45,525 nucleotides of DNA from Octopus sinensis (GCF_006345805.1 NW_021834865.1:1-45525); one strand, 5' to 3'; counted from the first letter of the stretch, positions 1 to 13,916 are shown. The notes: generated by a model not told the origin, from the letters alone. A program made the numbers and translations.

Positions 1-905
1 ATATATATATATATATTATATATATATATATATTATATATATTATATATATATATATATAATATATATATATATGTAGCATTGTATCTGGTGCCCATGCC
101 TTCGAAAATGTAGAGCTAACTTTCACTGAAGGAAAAAACGGTCGATTAATTTTGTTTCGTTTAATTGCTCCACCTTTGGGACAATAAAAGAGAAAAATGA
201 GTTTGTGTATTTGTTCCAACAGCACTGTCTCCTCTGGCGGTCATTTCTATGACCAAACACAACTTGCACCAACAATGGCATTTATTTGAAGAGGACTTTA
301 TTGCTCTATACTTTGATCTGAGTAGCTTAATTCTCATTTCTTTACTCAACAGAATACTATTGATAAATATGTGTGTAAGTGTGTGTGTGTGTACGTATGT
401 GTGTGTGTATGTGTGTGTGTGTATTTATCCTTCTAAGAACAAATTTACAAAGTTGGCCAACGCAACATAAACATAACTATGTAACAAGTATTTAAAATCT
501 ATCGTTTTTCACCAAATAATTCTCACTGAGCAGTATAAACTGTTCACATACGCAGAGATCGATCACACTGCTCAATCACATAGAGATCAATCATAAAAAG
601 GATTATGCAAAACATCTCTACATAATTCCCAACATATGTAAAATTCATACGGAGTAGCTCAAAATGGCGCACAGACATGTTTAAGTCATTCATAAAACTC
701 ACCTTTAGACAATTGAATGAAACATCCAACACTACATGTATTTTTTATACATATATAATATACTGTATATCATATATATAATAGTATAAGTCTAGTATTG
801 GCATCAGCGCAAGATGGCTGGATTCAGTGAATAACCAATGTTAATAATATAAAACTGTAATGTCTCGATGGGGCGCTGAAAGGCCTGGCTTTGTGTAAAG
901 GAAAA

Positions 906-1080
906 TACAGGAGGATCAGAAAGTTTTGATTTTATGCAGCATATTCCCCTCTAAGATTCAGGCACTTATTGCAGCGGTCCTTCAGTGTTTCTAAGCTCTG
1001 TAAAAAAATTCGGAAGGTTGGGCCTCCAGCCAGGCGTTTCGCATTAAAGCCAGGAACATTTCAGCCACCACCCTCTCGTA
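906..1080 (-). mobile_element. Short mariner deletion derivative (transposase C-terminus between two decayed TIRs)
   Basis: Minus strand encodes WLEAQPSEFF...LETLKDRCNKCLNLRGEY, typical of the mariner C-terminus. It is TA-flanked at both ends. The right TIR (rc TACGAGAGGGTGGTGGCTGAAATGTTCCTGGCTTT) matches the TIR at 28038. Confidence 0.75.
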
Positions 1081-1243
1081 GGTGTAGCAGTTGAGTAGCG
1101 GATAAAGGTGCTTCTGCCGCCAGCCAAGAGGCAACGATTCCTTGGTCAAATTAAAGATATAGCTACATGGATCCACGACTATTTCGAAAACAGATATTCA
1201 ACTGATTACGATCGGAGATCAAAATAATCATATTAATGTAAAT

Positions 1244-1313
1244 AATGGTTTCAAATTTTGAAACATGGCCAGTAATTTTAGGGAAGGGGTAAGTCGATTA
1301 CATCGACCCCAGT
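1244..1313 (-). mobile_element. 3' tail fragment of the GGCGGCGAGCTGG SINE family
   Basis: Reverse complement contains GGGGTCGATGTAATCGACT shared with the family body, followed by a ...AAATTTGAAACCATT tail. Confidence 0.65.
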
Positions 1314-1348
1314 CTTCCACATTCTCGCATTCTTCACAGATTGTGTAA

Positions 1349-1565
1349 GGCGGCGAGCTGGCAGAATCGTTAGCACGCCGGACGAAATGCTTAGCAGTAT
1401 TTCGTCTGTCTTTACGTTCTGAGTTCAAATTCCGCCGAGGTCAACTTTTCCTTTTATCATTTCGGGGTCGATAGATTAAGTACCAGTTGCGTACTGTGGT
1501 CGATCTAATCGATTGGACCCCTCTCTCCAAAAATGTCGGGCCTTGTGCCTAGAGTAGAAAATATT
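1349..1565 (+). mobile_element. tRNA-derived SINE (GGCGGCGAGCTGGCAG family, Meta-domain-like core)
   Basis: A-box-like TGGCAGAATCG and B-box GAGTTCAAATTCC. Central CTTT-CATCCTTTCGGGGTCGATAAATTAAGTACCAG-like block. Five more copies in the window. Confidence 0.85.
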
Positions 1566-2126
1566 CTTCATAGATTGGGTGCTGTAGAAAATAGCAACGT
1601 TGGCTTTCTATTTTTCGCTTAGGAATCAAGTGGGTTATCAAGTACAATCATTAGCGGAGTTTCACAAACATCGGTTATCAATAAAAGTCATCAACCTTTC
1701 CATGTTCTCTTCTGTCTTCCGTGCATCCAAAATAAAGGAAATTAAAATAAATAAGAGAATCGGACACTTCATGACCAATCAATTAGAATCACTGGTGTTG
1801 CTTGTTCGTGTGAGTGTCCCTGTGTGTGTGTGTGTGTGTGTGTGTTCATAAATGTTTGTGTGTGTGTGGACATGAGCGCGTGTTTGTGTACGTATATAAG
1901 TATTCATGACATTATCTATCTGTGTGTCTGTGTGTCTGTGAGTCTGTCTGTGTGTCTGCCTAGTGTGTACGTGTAGGTACACATGCACTCAGTTATACTT
2001 TTATTATGTGCGTACATCTATCCATAGACATATAAATACTTTTACTATATATATATATATATACGTATACATACATACAAACCTAAATATATACATATCC
2101 ATATATATATACACACATATATATGT

Positions 2127-2165
<39 letters not shown>

Positions 2166-2762
2166 CATATAAATACATTCACACACATATATGTACGTAG
2201 ATTATGCGTGCATGCACACATAAATATACAAATATTTACATATATATATATATATTTATATATATGCATATATAAATACAAATGTATATATTACATTTGT
2301 ATATATGTATATAAATATATAATACGTGTGTACATATGTACATATATATTCACATATATACATATATATGTATGCATGTTTGTATATAGCATCATATAAT
2401 ATATATTATATATATATATATAATATATATATAATATATACCAATGTGTATATATATGTGTGTTGTGTATATGTACATATATAGCTGTGCATATAATACG
2501 TGTTAAATATGTAGATACAAGTATATTTATGTATATTAGTTAGGTTTTCTTAAATAAAATTTCTCTGAAGTTTCTTTTCTCTTTTTCCAGTTCCTTCGTT
2601 TGTCTGCGCTATTTTACGGTTTTTTTTTGTGTCGCTTAAAATTATCGTCTGCTTCTGCAGCAAACAAGCTTCGTCTTGTTTGAATAGATACGATCTCCAT
2701 ATTGAAAAATACTCGCACAGAGACGAAACACATAGACATACCAATATCCACACATGCATATA

Positions 2763-2823
<61 letters not shown>

Positions 2824-3063
2824 CATATAAAAATACATTCACACACATATATTGTACGTAGATTATGCGTGCATGCACACATAAATATACAAATATTTAC
2901 ATATATATATATATTTATATATATGCATATATAAATACAAATGTATATATATGACATTTGTATATATGTATATAAATATATATATACGTGTGTACATATG
3001 TACATATATATTCACATATATACATATATATGTATGCATGTTTGTATATATGCATTCATATAT

Positions 3064-3101
<38 letters not shown>

Positions 3102-3440
3102 CAAATGTGTATATATATGTGTGTGGTATAGTACATATATAGCTGTGCATATAATACGTGTTAAATATGTAGATACAAGTATATTTAGTATATTAGTTAG
3201 GTTTTCTTAAATAAAATTTCTCTGAAGTTTCTTTTCTCTTTTTCCAGTTCCTTCGTTGTCTGCGCTATTTTACGGTTTTTTTTTGTGTCGCTTAAAATTA
3301 TCGTCTGCTTCTGCAGCAAACAAGCTTCGTCTTGTTTGAATAGATACGATCTCCATATTGAAAAATACTCGCACAGAGACGAAACACATAGACATACCAA
3401 TATCCACACATGCATATATCACACACACACACACACACAC
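2127..3440. repeat. Two-copy tandem duplication, unit ~655-660 bp
   Basis: Unique blocks recur: GTACGTAGATTATG at 2193 and 2854, TAGTTAGGTTTTCT at 2537 and 3194. Confidence 0.9.
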
Positions 3441-3495
3441 ATATTATATATATATATATATTGTAAGTACGTAGATATACATATATATATATATG

Positions 3496-3551
<56 letters not shown>

Positions 3552-3687
3552 GTAAGTACGTAGATATATATTTATATATATATATGTGTATATATACACA
3601 TACATAGAAATATGTGCATATAGATATGAATATATATATATATATATATATAATATATATATATACATATATACATATACATATATA

Positions 3688-3727
<40 letters not shown>

Positions 3728-3735
3728 TATATACA
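3440..3735. repeat. (TA)n-rich microsatellite field
   Basis: Direct inspection. Confidence 0.9.
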
Positions 3736-5026
3736 AACGCATTTATACATAGTACGTACTTGCATACGTACAAACGTAATTACGACTATAGACATTAAAC
3801 ATACAAACATATATAACTACAAACCAATAAGCATTCATAAAGATGCACACAGACACACGTATTTTTCTCCGTGTTTATGATTTCTTCCTTTCATATGCAT
3901 CCGTATTTGTAATTTGTAATTATACATACGCTCACATGCACATACACGTACATACACACACACACACACACATATAATATACACAAATACATTCATATAT
4001 ATATGAGTATATAATATACATGTGTATGCATAGACTCACTGACACACAGGTGTGCGTATAATATATATATATATATTTATATATATATATATATATATAT
4101 ACGTATACGATGTATGTTTATTTATATGTAAGTATACATGTATATATATATATGCAAACGTATGTTTTTCAGAGACGTTGATCTTCTTCATTCGATTTCA
4201 TGTTACTTTAAGAAAAGCACAACATTTCTGTTTCTCCCTCAAAACCATAAACTAAAACACAAACAAACAAACAAAGACAACAAAACAATTCTTATAGATT
4301 TTTCTACAACAGAAACTGAGATTCCTTCACCAAACCCCATCACCCTGTCCCTCCCTGCCCCATTCTTATTTGTTATTTGTCAGTATTTTTATTATCTAAT
4401 CTTTGGTTTAACGACGAATTTTGATGTCTTTGAGTAAAATCCTCTTATTAAAAGACGTTGGGTTTCGATTTTATGTCCCGTAGTCTATAGGTCTGTCGGG
4501 CAGAAGATCTGTCTGTCTGTTGGTTACTAGCTTCTACTTTCATTTTCGCTTTCTGTGTATCACATTCGGCATCTCTATCTCTATTTTTCTTTCTGTATCT
4601 CTCTCTCTGTCTATTCCTCACTCTTTCTCTCTGTCGCATTTTCTTTTTCCCTGAGTGTCTCTATATCTATTTCATCGCTTCTTTCTCTCTCTCTCTCTAT
4701 TTATATATTTATATGTCTATCAATTTCTCTATCTCTGGTCGTTTGAATTTTCTTTTATTTACTTTATCTCTTACATTTCCAATGACCAATATATTCTCTT
4801 TTAAAGTGTCTCACGTGAAACTACTATCACCGAGTCACATATAATAATAAGCAGTTTTATGTATACATAAATTAACATACATAATATACATATGCACACA
4901 CACAGCGAAAAACATACACACACAAATATGTATGCGTGAATTTTTATGTAGGCATGTATGTATGTTTACGTCTGGTCTGTCTATCTATTTCTCTCCTCTC
5001 TGTCTGTCTGTCTGTCTCTCTCTCTC

Positions 5027-5617
5027 GACGGTCATTCGGAATGCTCACAGCAGCCATATTCCTACCGCTCTATGTCACGCTGGTGAGACACTTATTGGAG
5101 TACGGGATTCAAGCCTCTTCTCCTTATCTCCTCAAAGACATACAGCATCTCGAAAGAGTCCAGAAGCTGGCTACCCGCATGGTTCATGGTCTCAAGAATT
5201 TGTCTTATGAAGAAAGGCTGAAGACGTTCGACCTTTATTCTCTAGAAAAACGCCGCCGCCGTGGTGATCTAATTCTCGCTCACAACATCATAAGCGGAAA
5301 GTGTAACCTCTCGAAAGTGATGTTCTTCACTCCTGCTCCAGAGCGTCGGCTGCGGGGTCATTCCGAAAAGCTCTACCTGCGACGATTTCATCTCAATCGA
5401 AGGAGAGGAGCTTTCTCCGTCCGGGTTGCAGATCCGTGGAATAAGCTGCCAGACGAGATGGTGAAGATGCCGACGACCGCTTTGTTCAAAGCCTCCCTTG
5501 ACCTCAAGTGGCCTGAACTCTTTACATGAACACCACCCTGTACATAACTCCATGTCCCCCTACATGGCCTTGCTTTTTGCTTTTTGAGCCCAAAATTAAC
5601 TAACTAACTAACTAACT

Positions 5618-5620
<3 letters not shown>
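5027..5620 (+). mobile_element. 5'-truncated CR1-clade LINE, 3' end with (TAAC)n tail
   Basis: Translation LYVTLVRHLLEYGIQASSPY..DIQHLERVQKLATRMV..LSYEERLK..LYSLEKRRRRGDLI..RLRGH..FSVRVADPWNKLP is the typical CR1 ORF2 C-terminus. Stop at 5529, short 3' UTR, then (TAAC)6. Confidence 0.9.
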
Positions 5621-5680
<60 letters not shown>

Positions 5681-6326
5681 CACACATACATATATATACA
5701 TATGTATGTATTCTTTACCTTATTACTGGTGTCAATCATAAAGAGTCGGCCATATTGCAACACCGTTTTCAGCGATTTTCGTCGACGCTGTCCACTGTGG
5801 TACGTATTTTATGACTCTTTGTTTGTCAAACGCAAAATATTGAAGGAAGAGCGACTGATCATCGCAAACTACTCCGGCTTCCAAACAGCAAACACATACA
5901 CATGCATACAAATGCTGGCAGACACTCAGATGTGCAAACACAGACACACACACACACACACACACACATATATGCACACATGCGCACACGCATACACACA
6001 TACACAGTGAACTTCTGACTAGCTTCTCTGAAGGTAAGGTGTCAGCCACAGGAACGTAAAGTGAAAGTTATTTATACCGGACACTATGGGATGGAACCGA
6101 AAGTAACGTGATCATGAAGTTAATGTCTTCCTCATACGATATGCCTACACACACACACACACACATATGTATGTATGTATGTATATATGTATATATAATT
6201 TATATGCGTGTGTGTAGGGCGTAAGCAAATAATTTCAATACAAATACTCCTGTCTCTTGGTTTTTATACCGACATACATATACATATGCATACATACATA
6301 CTTACATACATATATACATACATACA

Positions 6327-6389
<63 letters not shown>

Positions 6390-6465
6390 GTTAAATTATC
6401 TGTGTGTTGTTTTTACAATTACATGAATAAGTGCACACACGCACATACATACGTATATATATATG

Positions 6466-6517
<52 letters not shown>

Positions 6518-7455
6518 GTATGTATGTATGTATGTATGTATATATGTATGTATGTATGTATGTAGGTATCTATATATATACATATATGTATATATAAACT
6601 TGTTTTTTTATATATATTCCTTGTATAATTTGCCTACGTATAAAATTAAAGTATATGGAATTTTTATCCCAGAACATCCTGTTTTCTTCACGTTAAAAAA
6701 ATGTTTTTACATTTTTGAATTTCTCCGTCTGATATTAAATTGTAAACGCCATACCTGCAGCTCACAAAGTTTGGTAATAAAGGAAAGGAAGCAAATTTTG
6801 TCTTTCACTTGATATTATTCTATCATGAACTTTGGAATTTAACATATTAGACACATTTTGGTATCGATCCGAATTTTTATACCTCGTCATATGTCTATCC
6901 CCTTTTGTCATCTTCTCATACTTGCATCCGTACATATGTATGTGTAGATACTAGATACACTCTCATGCGAGTGTGCTTACGTGCGTGTATTTAGATATGC
7001 ATGGATGTATAAAAGTCGCAATTTAGAAACATGTGGAGATGTTGCACTCAATATAAAAGTAAAGGGTGTTTGTCAGTTGTAGTACTGTTTTTACTATGTT
7101 TTCCTTGTCAAAGCTACGCGTCTCTGAGTTTGTAGCGAAACCTGCGGCGAAAACAGAGAATAATCTCAACATTATGTATTTGTGTGTGTGTGTGTGTGCA
7201 TTTGTGTGCGTGTGTTTGGGGGTGTATACACACACATACGCACACACACACACACATAAACATACACAGTCACATCATGAGCCAAAAGTCAGGCACCAAG
7301 TTTAAAACTCATTTACTATAAATTGCACATTTCAAAAGCAGTTTTTCTAAAGCTGATTAAAACGGATATACAGGTACCTGTAAATGAAGAAATAAAACAA
7401 GAAAATACTACTACTAATAATAATAATCATAATAGTAATAATAATAACAAATAAT

Positions 7456-7508
<53 letters not shown>

Positions 7509-7561
7509 CAACAACAACATCAACAAAAATAATAATAATAATAATTATAATGATAATGATA

Positions 7562-7637
<76 letters not shown>

Positions 7638-7641
<4 letters not shown>

Positions 7642-7738
7642 CATCAGAGCATCACAACAAATCACAACACATACCCAAGTCACGCAGAGCTGCGCTCGGT
7701 AGTGAAGTGAAAGCACGCTATAAAAATAAAACTACTGA
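7638..7738 (+). mobile_element. R4/Dong family A, 3' UTR only, embedded in (TAA)n
   Basis: Matches 11011-11100 and the reverse complements at 14004 and 17448. Confidence 0.85.
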
Positions 7739-7756
7739 ATAATAATAATAATAATA

Positions 7757-7815
<59 letters not shown>

Positions 7816-7817
7816 TT

Positions 7818-8352
7818 GCCCTGATGCAGTACCAGGCAGTGGCTCTCATGGCTACTGATCTTAACTGATCGGAAGTGTTATCATGTACATTGTTTTGTCT
7901 TGGTATAAAAGACGGGCTACAGCATATATTCCGCTCAACACCACAGATTTGCTTGTCTGTTGTTTGACCGTAACCAGTTGAGCATGTCCCTTAGTGGCTG
8001 ACGATATGTGCATCTCTGATCACAAGCAGAAATAGTGGGGGAGCATCATAGCTGTGTGTTGAAAGGAATTCTTGGATGTTTGGATAATTCACCTTTGGAA
8101 ACATGGGTGGTTCGTTCAGCATCCTTAAACAATCCTTATTCAGGGACCTTTTGAGCGGGATGGGCTACTCGACCAGAAGAAAATTCTAACTGGGCCCCAC
8201 CTGCAAGGTCATGTGCTCACCATGTTGCGCACATATAGTTGTGATGCATGTGCCTAGTATGCCCTTATCAGACGGGTAGTCATGGTGGGTATATAGAGCT
8301 GCGTATGTTTTACCCAAGTGTCACTTCGATGGCATGAACTGCTCTCTCATTC
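7818..8352 (+). mobile_element. ~540-bp non-coding (TAA)n-associated element, copy 1
   Basis: High similarity to 11155-11624 and 11931-12473. Flanked by TAA/ATT repeats. Confidence 0.8.
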
Positions 8353-8372
8353 AATAATGATATTAATATTAC

Positions 8373-8422
<50 letters not shown>

Positions 8423-8435
8423 TATTATTATTATT

Positions 8436-8502
<67 letters not shown>

Positions 8503-8503
<1 letters not shown>

Positions 8504-11100
8504 AGTTCAACTCCGACCCCAAAAAGTTCTACCAAGAACTGGGCAAAAATAAAATAGAAGTCACTGCAGCACCAACGGCAGAAGTGGAAGAATTCTGGAA
8601 AGAAATATGGTTGGCGAATGAACAATAAGAAAAAAAGGATTATTAAAACAACAAACATAGCATCAGAATAACTTTGGACCCCCATAACAACTGAAGAGGT
8701 CACCCAGGCACTGGAAAGGCTAAGCAACTTGAAGGCACCTGGGCATGACAAGATCCCCAAATTCTGGTTGAAATATCTAACAGGAATGCACAAAAATCTG
8801 GCTGAAAACTTTAACAACATAATAGTAGAGCCAGAGACAATGCCTGAATGGCTCACGAAGGGGAAAACCATCTTAATTCCCAAATCAAATGAGACAGCAA
8901 AACCAGAAAACTACAGACCATTAACCTGTCTCCCTACAATGTACAAGGCATTTACTGCAGTGATATCGCAAAGGTTGAACGAGCACCTGGACGAAAACAA
9001 ACTGTTCCCAGAAGAGCAGAAAGGATGCCGCAAAGGCTCATATGGCTGTAAAGATCAACTAATGATTAATAAATCCATAACTGAAGACAGCCACAGAAAG
9101 AAGAAAGGCCTCAGTATGGCATGGATCGACTACAAAAAGGCGTTTGATAGCATCCCCCACACATGGATCCTCGAAACACTAGCCATTAACAAAGAAGCAC
9201 CAACAATCATAAAATACATAGAACACTATGAATAAATGGCAAACAGTGCTACAGCTCCAAACAAAAGAGGGACTCATGAAAACCAAGCTATCCCAATTAG
9301 AAGAGGAATATTCCAGGGAGACACGCTCTCTCCACTCCTTTTCTGCTTGGCACTGTCACCTCTATCTGATATGCTAAATAGAACTGGATGCGGATATAAA
9401 TGTTACGGCAAAACGATCAGCCACCTTTTATATATGGATGACCTAAAACTATACGCTGCAAATGACAAACAGCTGGAAACACTATTAAAGACAGTTCATG
9501 GATTTACCAAAGAAATAGATATGAAATTTGGATTAGAAAAATGCGCCAAAGTAACCATGAAAAGAGGAAAACTAGTTAAGAGTAGCAACATCACACTAGA
9601 TAAAACCAATGAAATAAAAGAATTAGACCAAAGCCAAACTTACAAATACTTAGGAATCCATGAACTAGATAAGACACAACACACACAAATGAAAGAGAAA
9701 ATAAAAAAAAGAATATTATAGACGAGTTAGATCAATACTAAAAACAGAGCTCAATGCTAAAAACAAGATAATAGGTATTAACACTTTAGCTGTCCCAGTT
9801 ATAAGTTACAGCTACAATATCCTTAACTGGACACTAAATGAACTGACCAAAATAGATAGGAAAACAAGAAAAATAATGACAGGATCTAAGATGCATAACC
9901 CAAAATCTGACATAGAAAGACTATATATACAACGTATAGAAGGTGGTAGAGGCCTTATACAGCTGGAAAACTACTATAAAATAACCACCATAGGACTCGG
10001 CAAAACACGAGCAAAATAAAAAACTGTTCTCAGTATTTAAGGAAGCTGACACATACAAACAAGAAATCATGCCACCTAACAAATATGAAGAAGAAGAAGA
10101 AGAAGAAAAGAAGAAGAAGAAGAAGAAGAAGAAGAAGAAGAAGAAGAAGAAGAAGAAGAAGAAGAAGAAGAAAAGAAGAAGAAGAAGAAACAACAAAAGT
10201 TATAAAACAAATGAAATCCAAACGAAAAAACTAGAACAGCAAAGAACCATGATAAAACGATGGCAAGAAAAGCACCTTCATGGTAAATACTGAACTAAAA
10301 TAAACGCAAAAGAAATAGACAAAGAAAAATCCCAGCAATGGTTGAGAAGCTCAGGGCTCAAAGCAGAGACAGGTGGATTTTTAATTGTAGCACAAGACCA
10401 AAGCCTCCTCACCAGAAATTACCAAAAACATGTAATGAAAAGAAACATAACAAGTAACTGCAGATTATGTGCAGATGGAGAAGAAACAATAAATCATATT
10501 ATCTCTGGCTGCCCAGTCCTGGCTAAGAAGGAATATATTCACAGACATGACAGAGTTGGGACCTACATACACTGGAAGCTATGACAACAACGGAAAAAAG
10601 ATGTATAGGCACACACCAGAAAAGGTCACAGAAAACGAGAAGGCAACCATACTCTGGGATATGCCTATACACACAGATAGAGAAATTAAGGCCAACAGAC
10701 CCGATATAGTTGTCAGAGATCATGAAGAAAAAAAATGCTTTCTAATTGATGTATCAATACCGGCAGAGGACAACGTGTCTCTAAAAGAAATGGAGAAACT
10801 TTCAAAATACAAAGACCTGGAAATAGAGGTAACCAGAATGTGGAATCTAAAAACAGAACAATTCCTATCATAGTAGGTACATTAGGCATGATAAAAAAAT
10901 ATTCAGACAAATACATAACAAAAACACCAGGACTTACAAACACATATAACATACAGAAAATTGCACTACTAGGCACTGCACACATCCTACGCAGAACACT
11001 TTCCATACAATAACCATCAGAGCATCACAGCACATACCCAAGTCACACAAAGCTGCGCTCGATAGTGAAGTGAAAGCACGATATAAAAATAAAACTACAG
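8503..11100 (+). mobile_element. R4/Dong-clade RLE non-LTR retrotransposon family A, 5'-truncated and frameshifted
   Basis: RT motifs KAPGHD, NYRPLTCLPT, QKGCR, WIDYKKAFDSIPH, GIFQGDTLSPLLF and YMDDLKLY. CCHC knuckle CRLC..ETINHIISGC and RHD motif. RLE motif RPDIV..CFLIDVSIP..EKLSKY. Stop at 11011-11013, 3' UTR, (TAA)n on both sides. Confidence 0.95.
10085..10190 (+). repeat. (GAA)n tract inside the Dong A ORF
   Basis: Direct inspection; follows ...CCACCTAACAAATAT. Confidence 0.9.
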
Positions 11101-11154
11101 AATAATAATAATAATAATGATAATAATTATAATAATAATAATAATAATAATAAT

Positions 11155-11624
11155 GGTATAAAAGATGGGTTACAGCAAATATTCTGCTCAATAACACAGA
11201 TTTGCTTGTCAGTTGTTTGACCTTAACCAGTTGAGCATGTCCCTTAGTGGCTGACGATATGTGCATCTCTGATCACGAGCAGAAGTAGTGGGGGTGCATC
11301 ATAGCCATGTGTTGAGAGGGATTCTTTGGGGTTTGAATAATTCATCTCTGGAAACATAGGCGGTTCTTTCAACATCCTTAAACTACCATTATTCAGGGAC
11401 CTTTTGAGCGGGATGGGCTACTCAACCTGAAGAAAATTCTAACTGGGCCCCACCTGCAAGGTCATGTGCTGTTTATCTTGATATGAGATCACCATGTCGC
11501 GCACATATGGTTGTGATGCATGTGCCTGGTGTACCCTTATCAGACGGGTAGTCATGATGGGTATATTGGGCTTCGTATATTTTACCCCAGTGTCACTTTG
11601 ATGGCATGCCCTGCTCTCTCACTC
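11155..11624 (+). mobile_element. ~540-bp (TAA)n-associated element, copy 2 (left-truncated)
   Basis: Lacks the first ~70 bp but keeps the CTCTCTCACTC-AATAATAAT end. Confidence 0.8.
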
Positions 11625-11930
11625 AATAATAATAATAATAATAATAATGGTTTAAATTATTTGCCACAAGAGCGAAGGATGCGGGGGAACATACAAAGAC
11701 AGACATAAAATCTGGGAGTTTGCATGTAATTAAATGATAAAAGGAAAACAAAGGGAATAAAGAATTTAAGCATACACGGTATGGACCGAAAGAGAAGGAT
11801 ATTTGTCGCTCTTCCTCACCACTAATTATCCAGAAATTTCTACATCGGAACATCCACCGATCCCATTGCCCAACTGGTAGAGTGCTGTGAGCCCCCACTG
11901 ATGACATTCTAGGTGGCAATGATAATGATG

Positions 11931-12473
11931 TCTTGATGCAGTACCAGGCACTGGCTGTCATGGCTTCTTAGAAGTGCATTGTTTTGTATATTGATTTGTT
12001 TTGATATAAAAAGATGGGCTACAACAAATATTCTGCTCAATACCTTGCATTTGCTTGTCAGTTGTTTGACCTTGACCAGTTGATCATCTCCCTTGGTGGC
12101 TGATGATATGTGCATCTCTGATCACGAGCAAAAGTAGCTGGGGGAGCATCTTAGCCATGTGTTGAGAGGGATCCTTTGGGGTTTGAGTAAGTCACCCCTG
12201 GGAACCTGGGTGTTTCATGCAATATCTTTAAATAACCCTTATTCAGGGTCCTTTTGAGCGGGATAGGCTGCTCGACCTGAAGAAAATTCTAACTGGATCC
12301 CACCTGCAAGGTCATTGCGCTGTCTATCTTGATGAGATCACTATGTCGCGCAGATATGGTTGTGATGCATGTGCCTGGTGTACCCTTATCAGTCGGGTAG
12401 TCATGATGGGTATATAGGGCTTCGTATGTTTTACCCAAGTGTCACTTCGATGGCATGAACTGCTCTCTCACTC
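11931..12473 (+). mobile_element. ~540-bp (TAA)n-associated element, copy 3
   Basis: Same start (TGATGCAGTACCAGGCA) and end as copy 1. Confidence 0.8.
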
Positions 12474-12749
12474 AATAATGATAATAAATTAATATGAATA
12501 AAACGTCAAATGTTTGATGCATGACTTATCATTGACATAGCGATAGTAATCACACGCTGTTGGAACTCATCTCACGCGTGTTTCAGAATAAAGCGTTGGG
12601 CAAATACACGGTGAACACAGGGGCTAATATATATCATTGAGTCCCAAAGGAAGTGGAATTACCCAACCAGCTTCATTAGCTACGGGTTTGATTATATCAT
12701 TCGCGTTCTTTAGTTATTCAATAATTTACATTTGCTATATAATATATAT

Positions 12750-12981
12750 TCACTTCCTTATTGCCCACATGGGGCTAAACATAGAGTGGAAAAACAAGAA
12801 CGGATAAACGGATTAAGTCGATTATATCGACCCCAGTGCGTAACTGGTACTTATTTAATTGACCCAGAAAGGATGAAAAGCAAAGTCGACCTCGGTGGAA
12901 TTTGAACTCAGAACGTAACGGCAGACGAAACACCGCTAAGCATTTCGCCTGGCGTGCTAACGATTCTGCCAGCCCGCCGCC
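12750..12981 (-). mobile_element. GGCGGCGAGCTGG-family SINE with an alternative 3' tail
   Basis: Reverse complement of head and core. The tail differs from the 1349 copy after GTCGATATAATCGAC. Confidence 0.85.
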
Positions 12982-13485
12982 TTGTTATATAATATATATT
13001 ACACATGTCTAGTACGGTTAAGCGTACAAATTGATAGGAAACATTACCATGTATAGTAACAGAGTAAACAATGTTGTAGCAGTGCTGTTATTCCTCTCTG
13101 TTGTAACATACGCAGAGTTCTCGCGTGTGGTGTATGAGAGACGGTATTTATAACCCGAAGCATTTATGAACACTCAGTCATTGCAAGGGAAATGATTGAT
13201 GGATGAAGGGAGAAAGTCGGGGTCAAATTTGTTGCATATCTTTCTAGATTTTACGCAAGATGTACATTGTCAACGACGACAATGTCTTTTCTTGAGAAAT
13301 CAACAATTCCACCTGAAATCAAGGAATGTTTTTAGTGTCTATTGTGGTAAGATACGCTCTTAGAAGTAATCAGACATGCGCAGAAAATTTCATTTTTCGC
13401 ATGCCAATGATTCTGGCAGCTCGTCGTCTGCTATTCTTAGTTATTATTGCTATTATTATTATCATCATTATTATTATTATCACTA

Positions 13486-13916
13486 GGCGGCGAGCTGGTT
13501 GGATCGTTAGCACGCCTGGCTAAATGCTTAGCGGTCTTTACGTTCTGAGTTCAAATTCCACTGTTGTCGACTTTACCTTTCATCCTTTCGGGTTCGATAA
13601 ATCAAGTACCAGTTGAGTACTAGGATCGATGTGACCGACTGTCCCCTTCTCCACAAAATCCAGGCCTTGTGCCTATATTAGAAAGGATTATTATTATTAT
13701 CACTAAGCAGCGTGCTGGCAGAATCGTTAGCACGCCGAGCAGAATGCTTAACGGTATTTCGTCCGGCTTTATGTTCTGTGTTCAAATTCCGCCGAGGTTG
13801 ACTTTGCCCTTCATGTTTTCAGGGTCGATAAATTATATACTAGTGAAAGTCTGAGGTCGATGTAATCGACTAGCCCATCCCCTAAAATTTCAGAACTTGA
13901 GCCTAGATTAGAAAGG
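13486..13916 (+). mobile_element. Two tandem GGCGGCGAGCTGG-family SINEs with (ATT)n tails
   Basis: Copies at 13486-13686 and 13706-13916. Each is preceded by ATTATTATCACTA and ends AGAAAGG. Confidence 0.85.

Noticed and set aside
13240-13352. AG...GTAAGA-bounded candidate host exon
   Set aside because: Only one frame is open, the peptide is unremarkable, and there are no partner exons.
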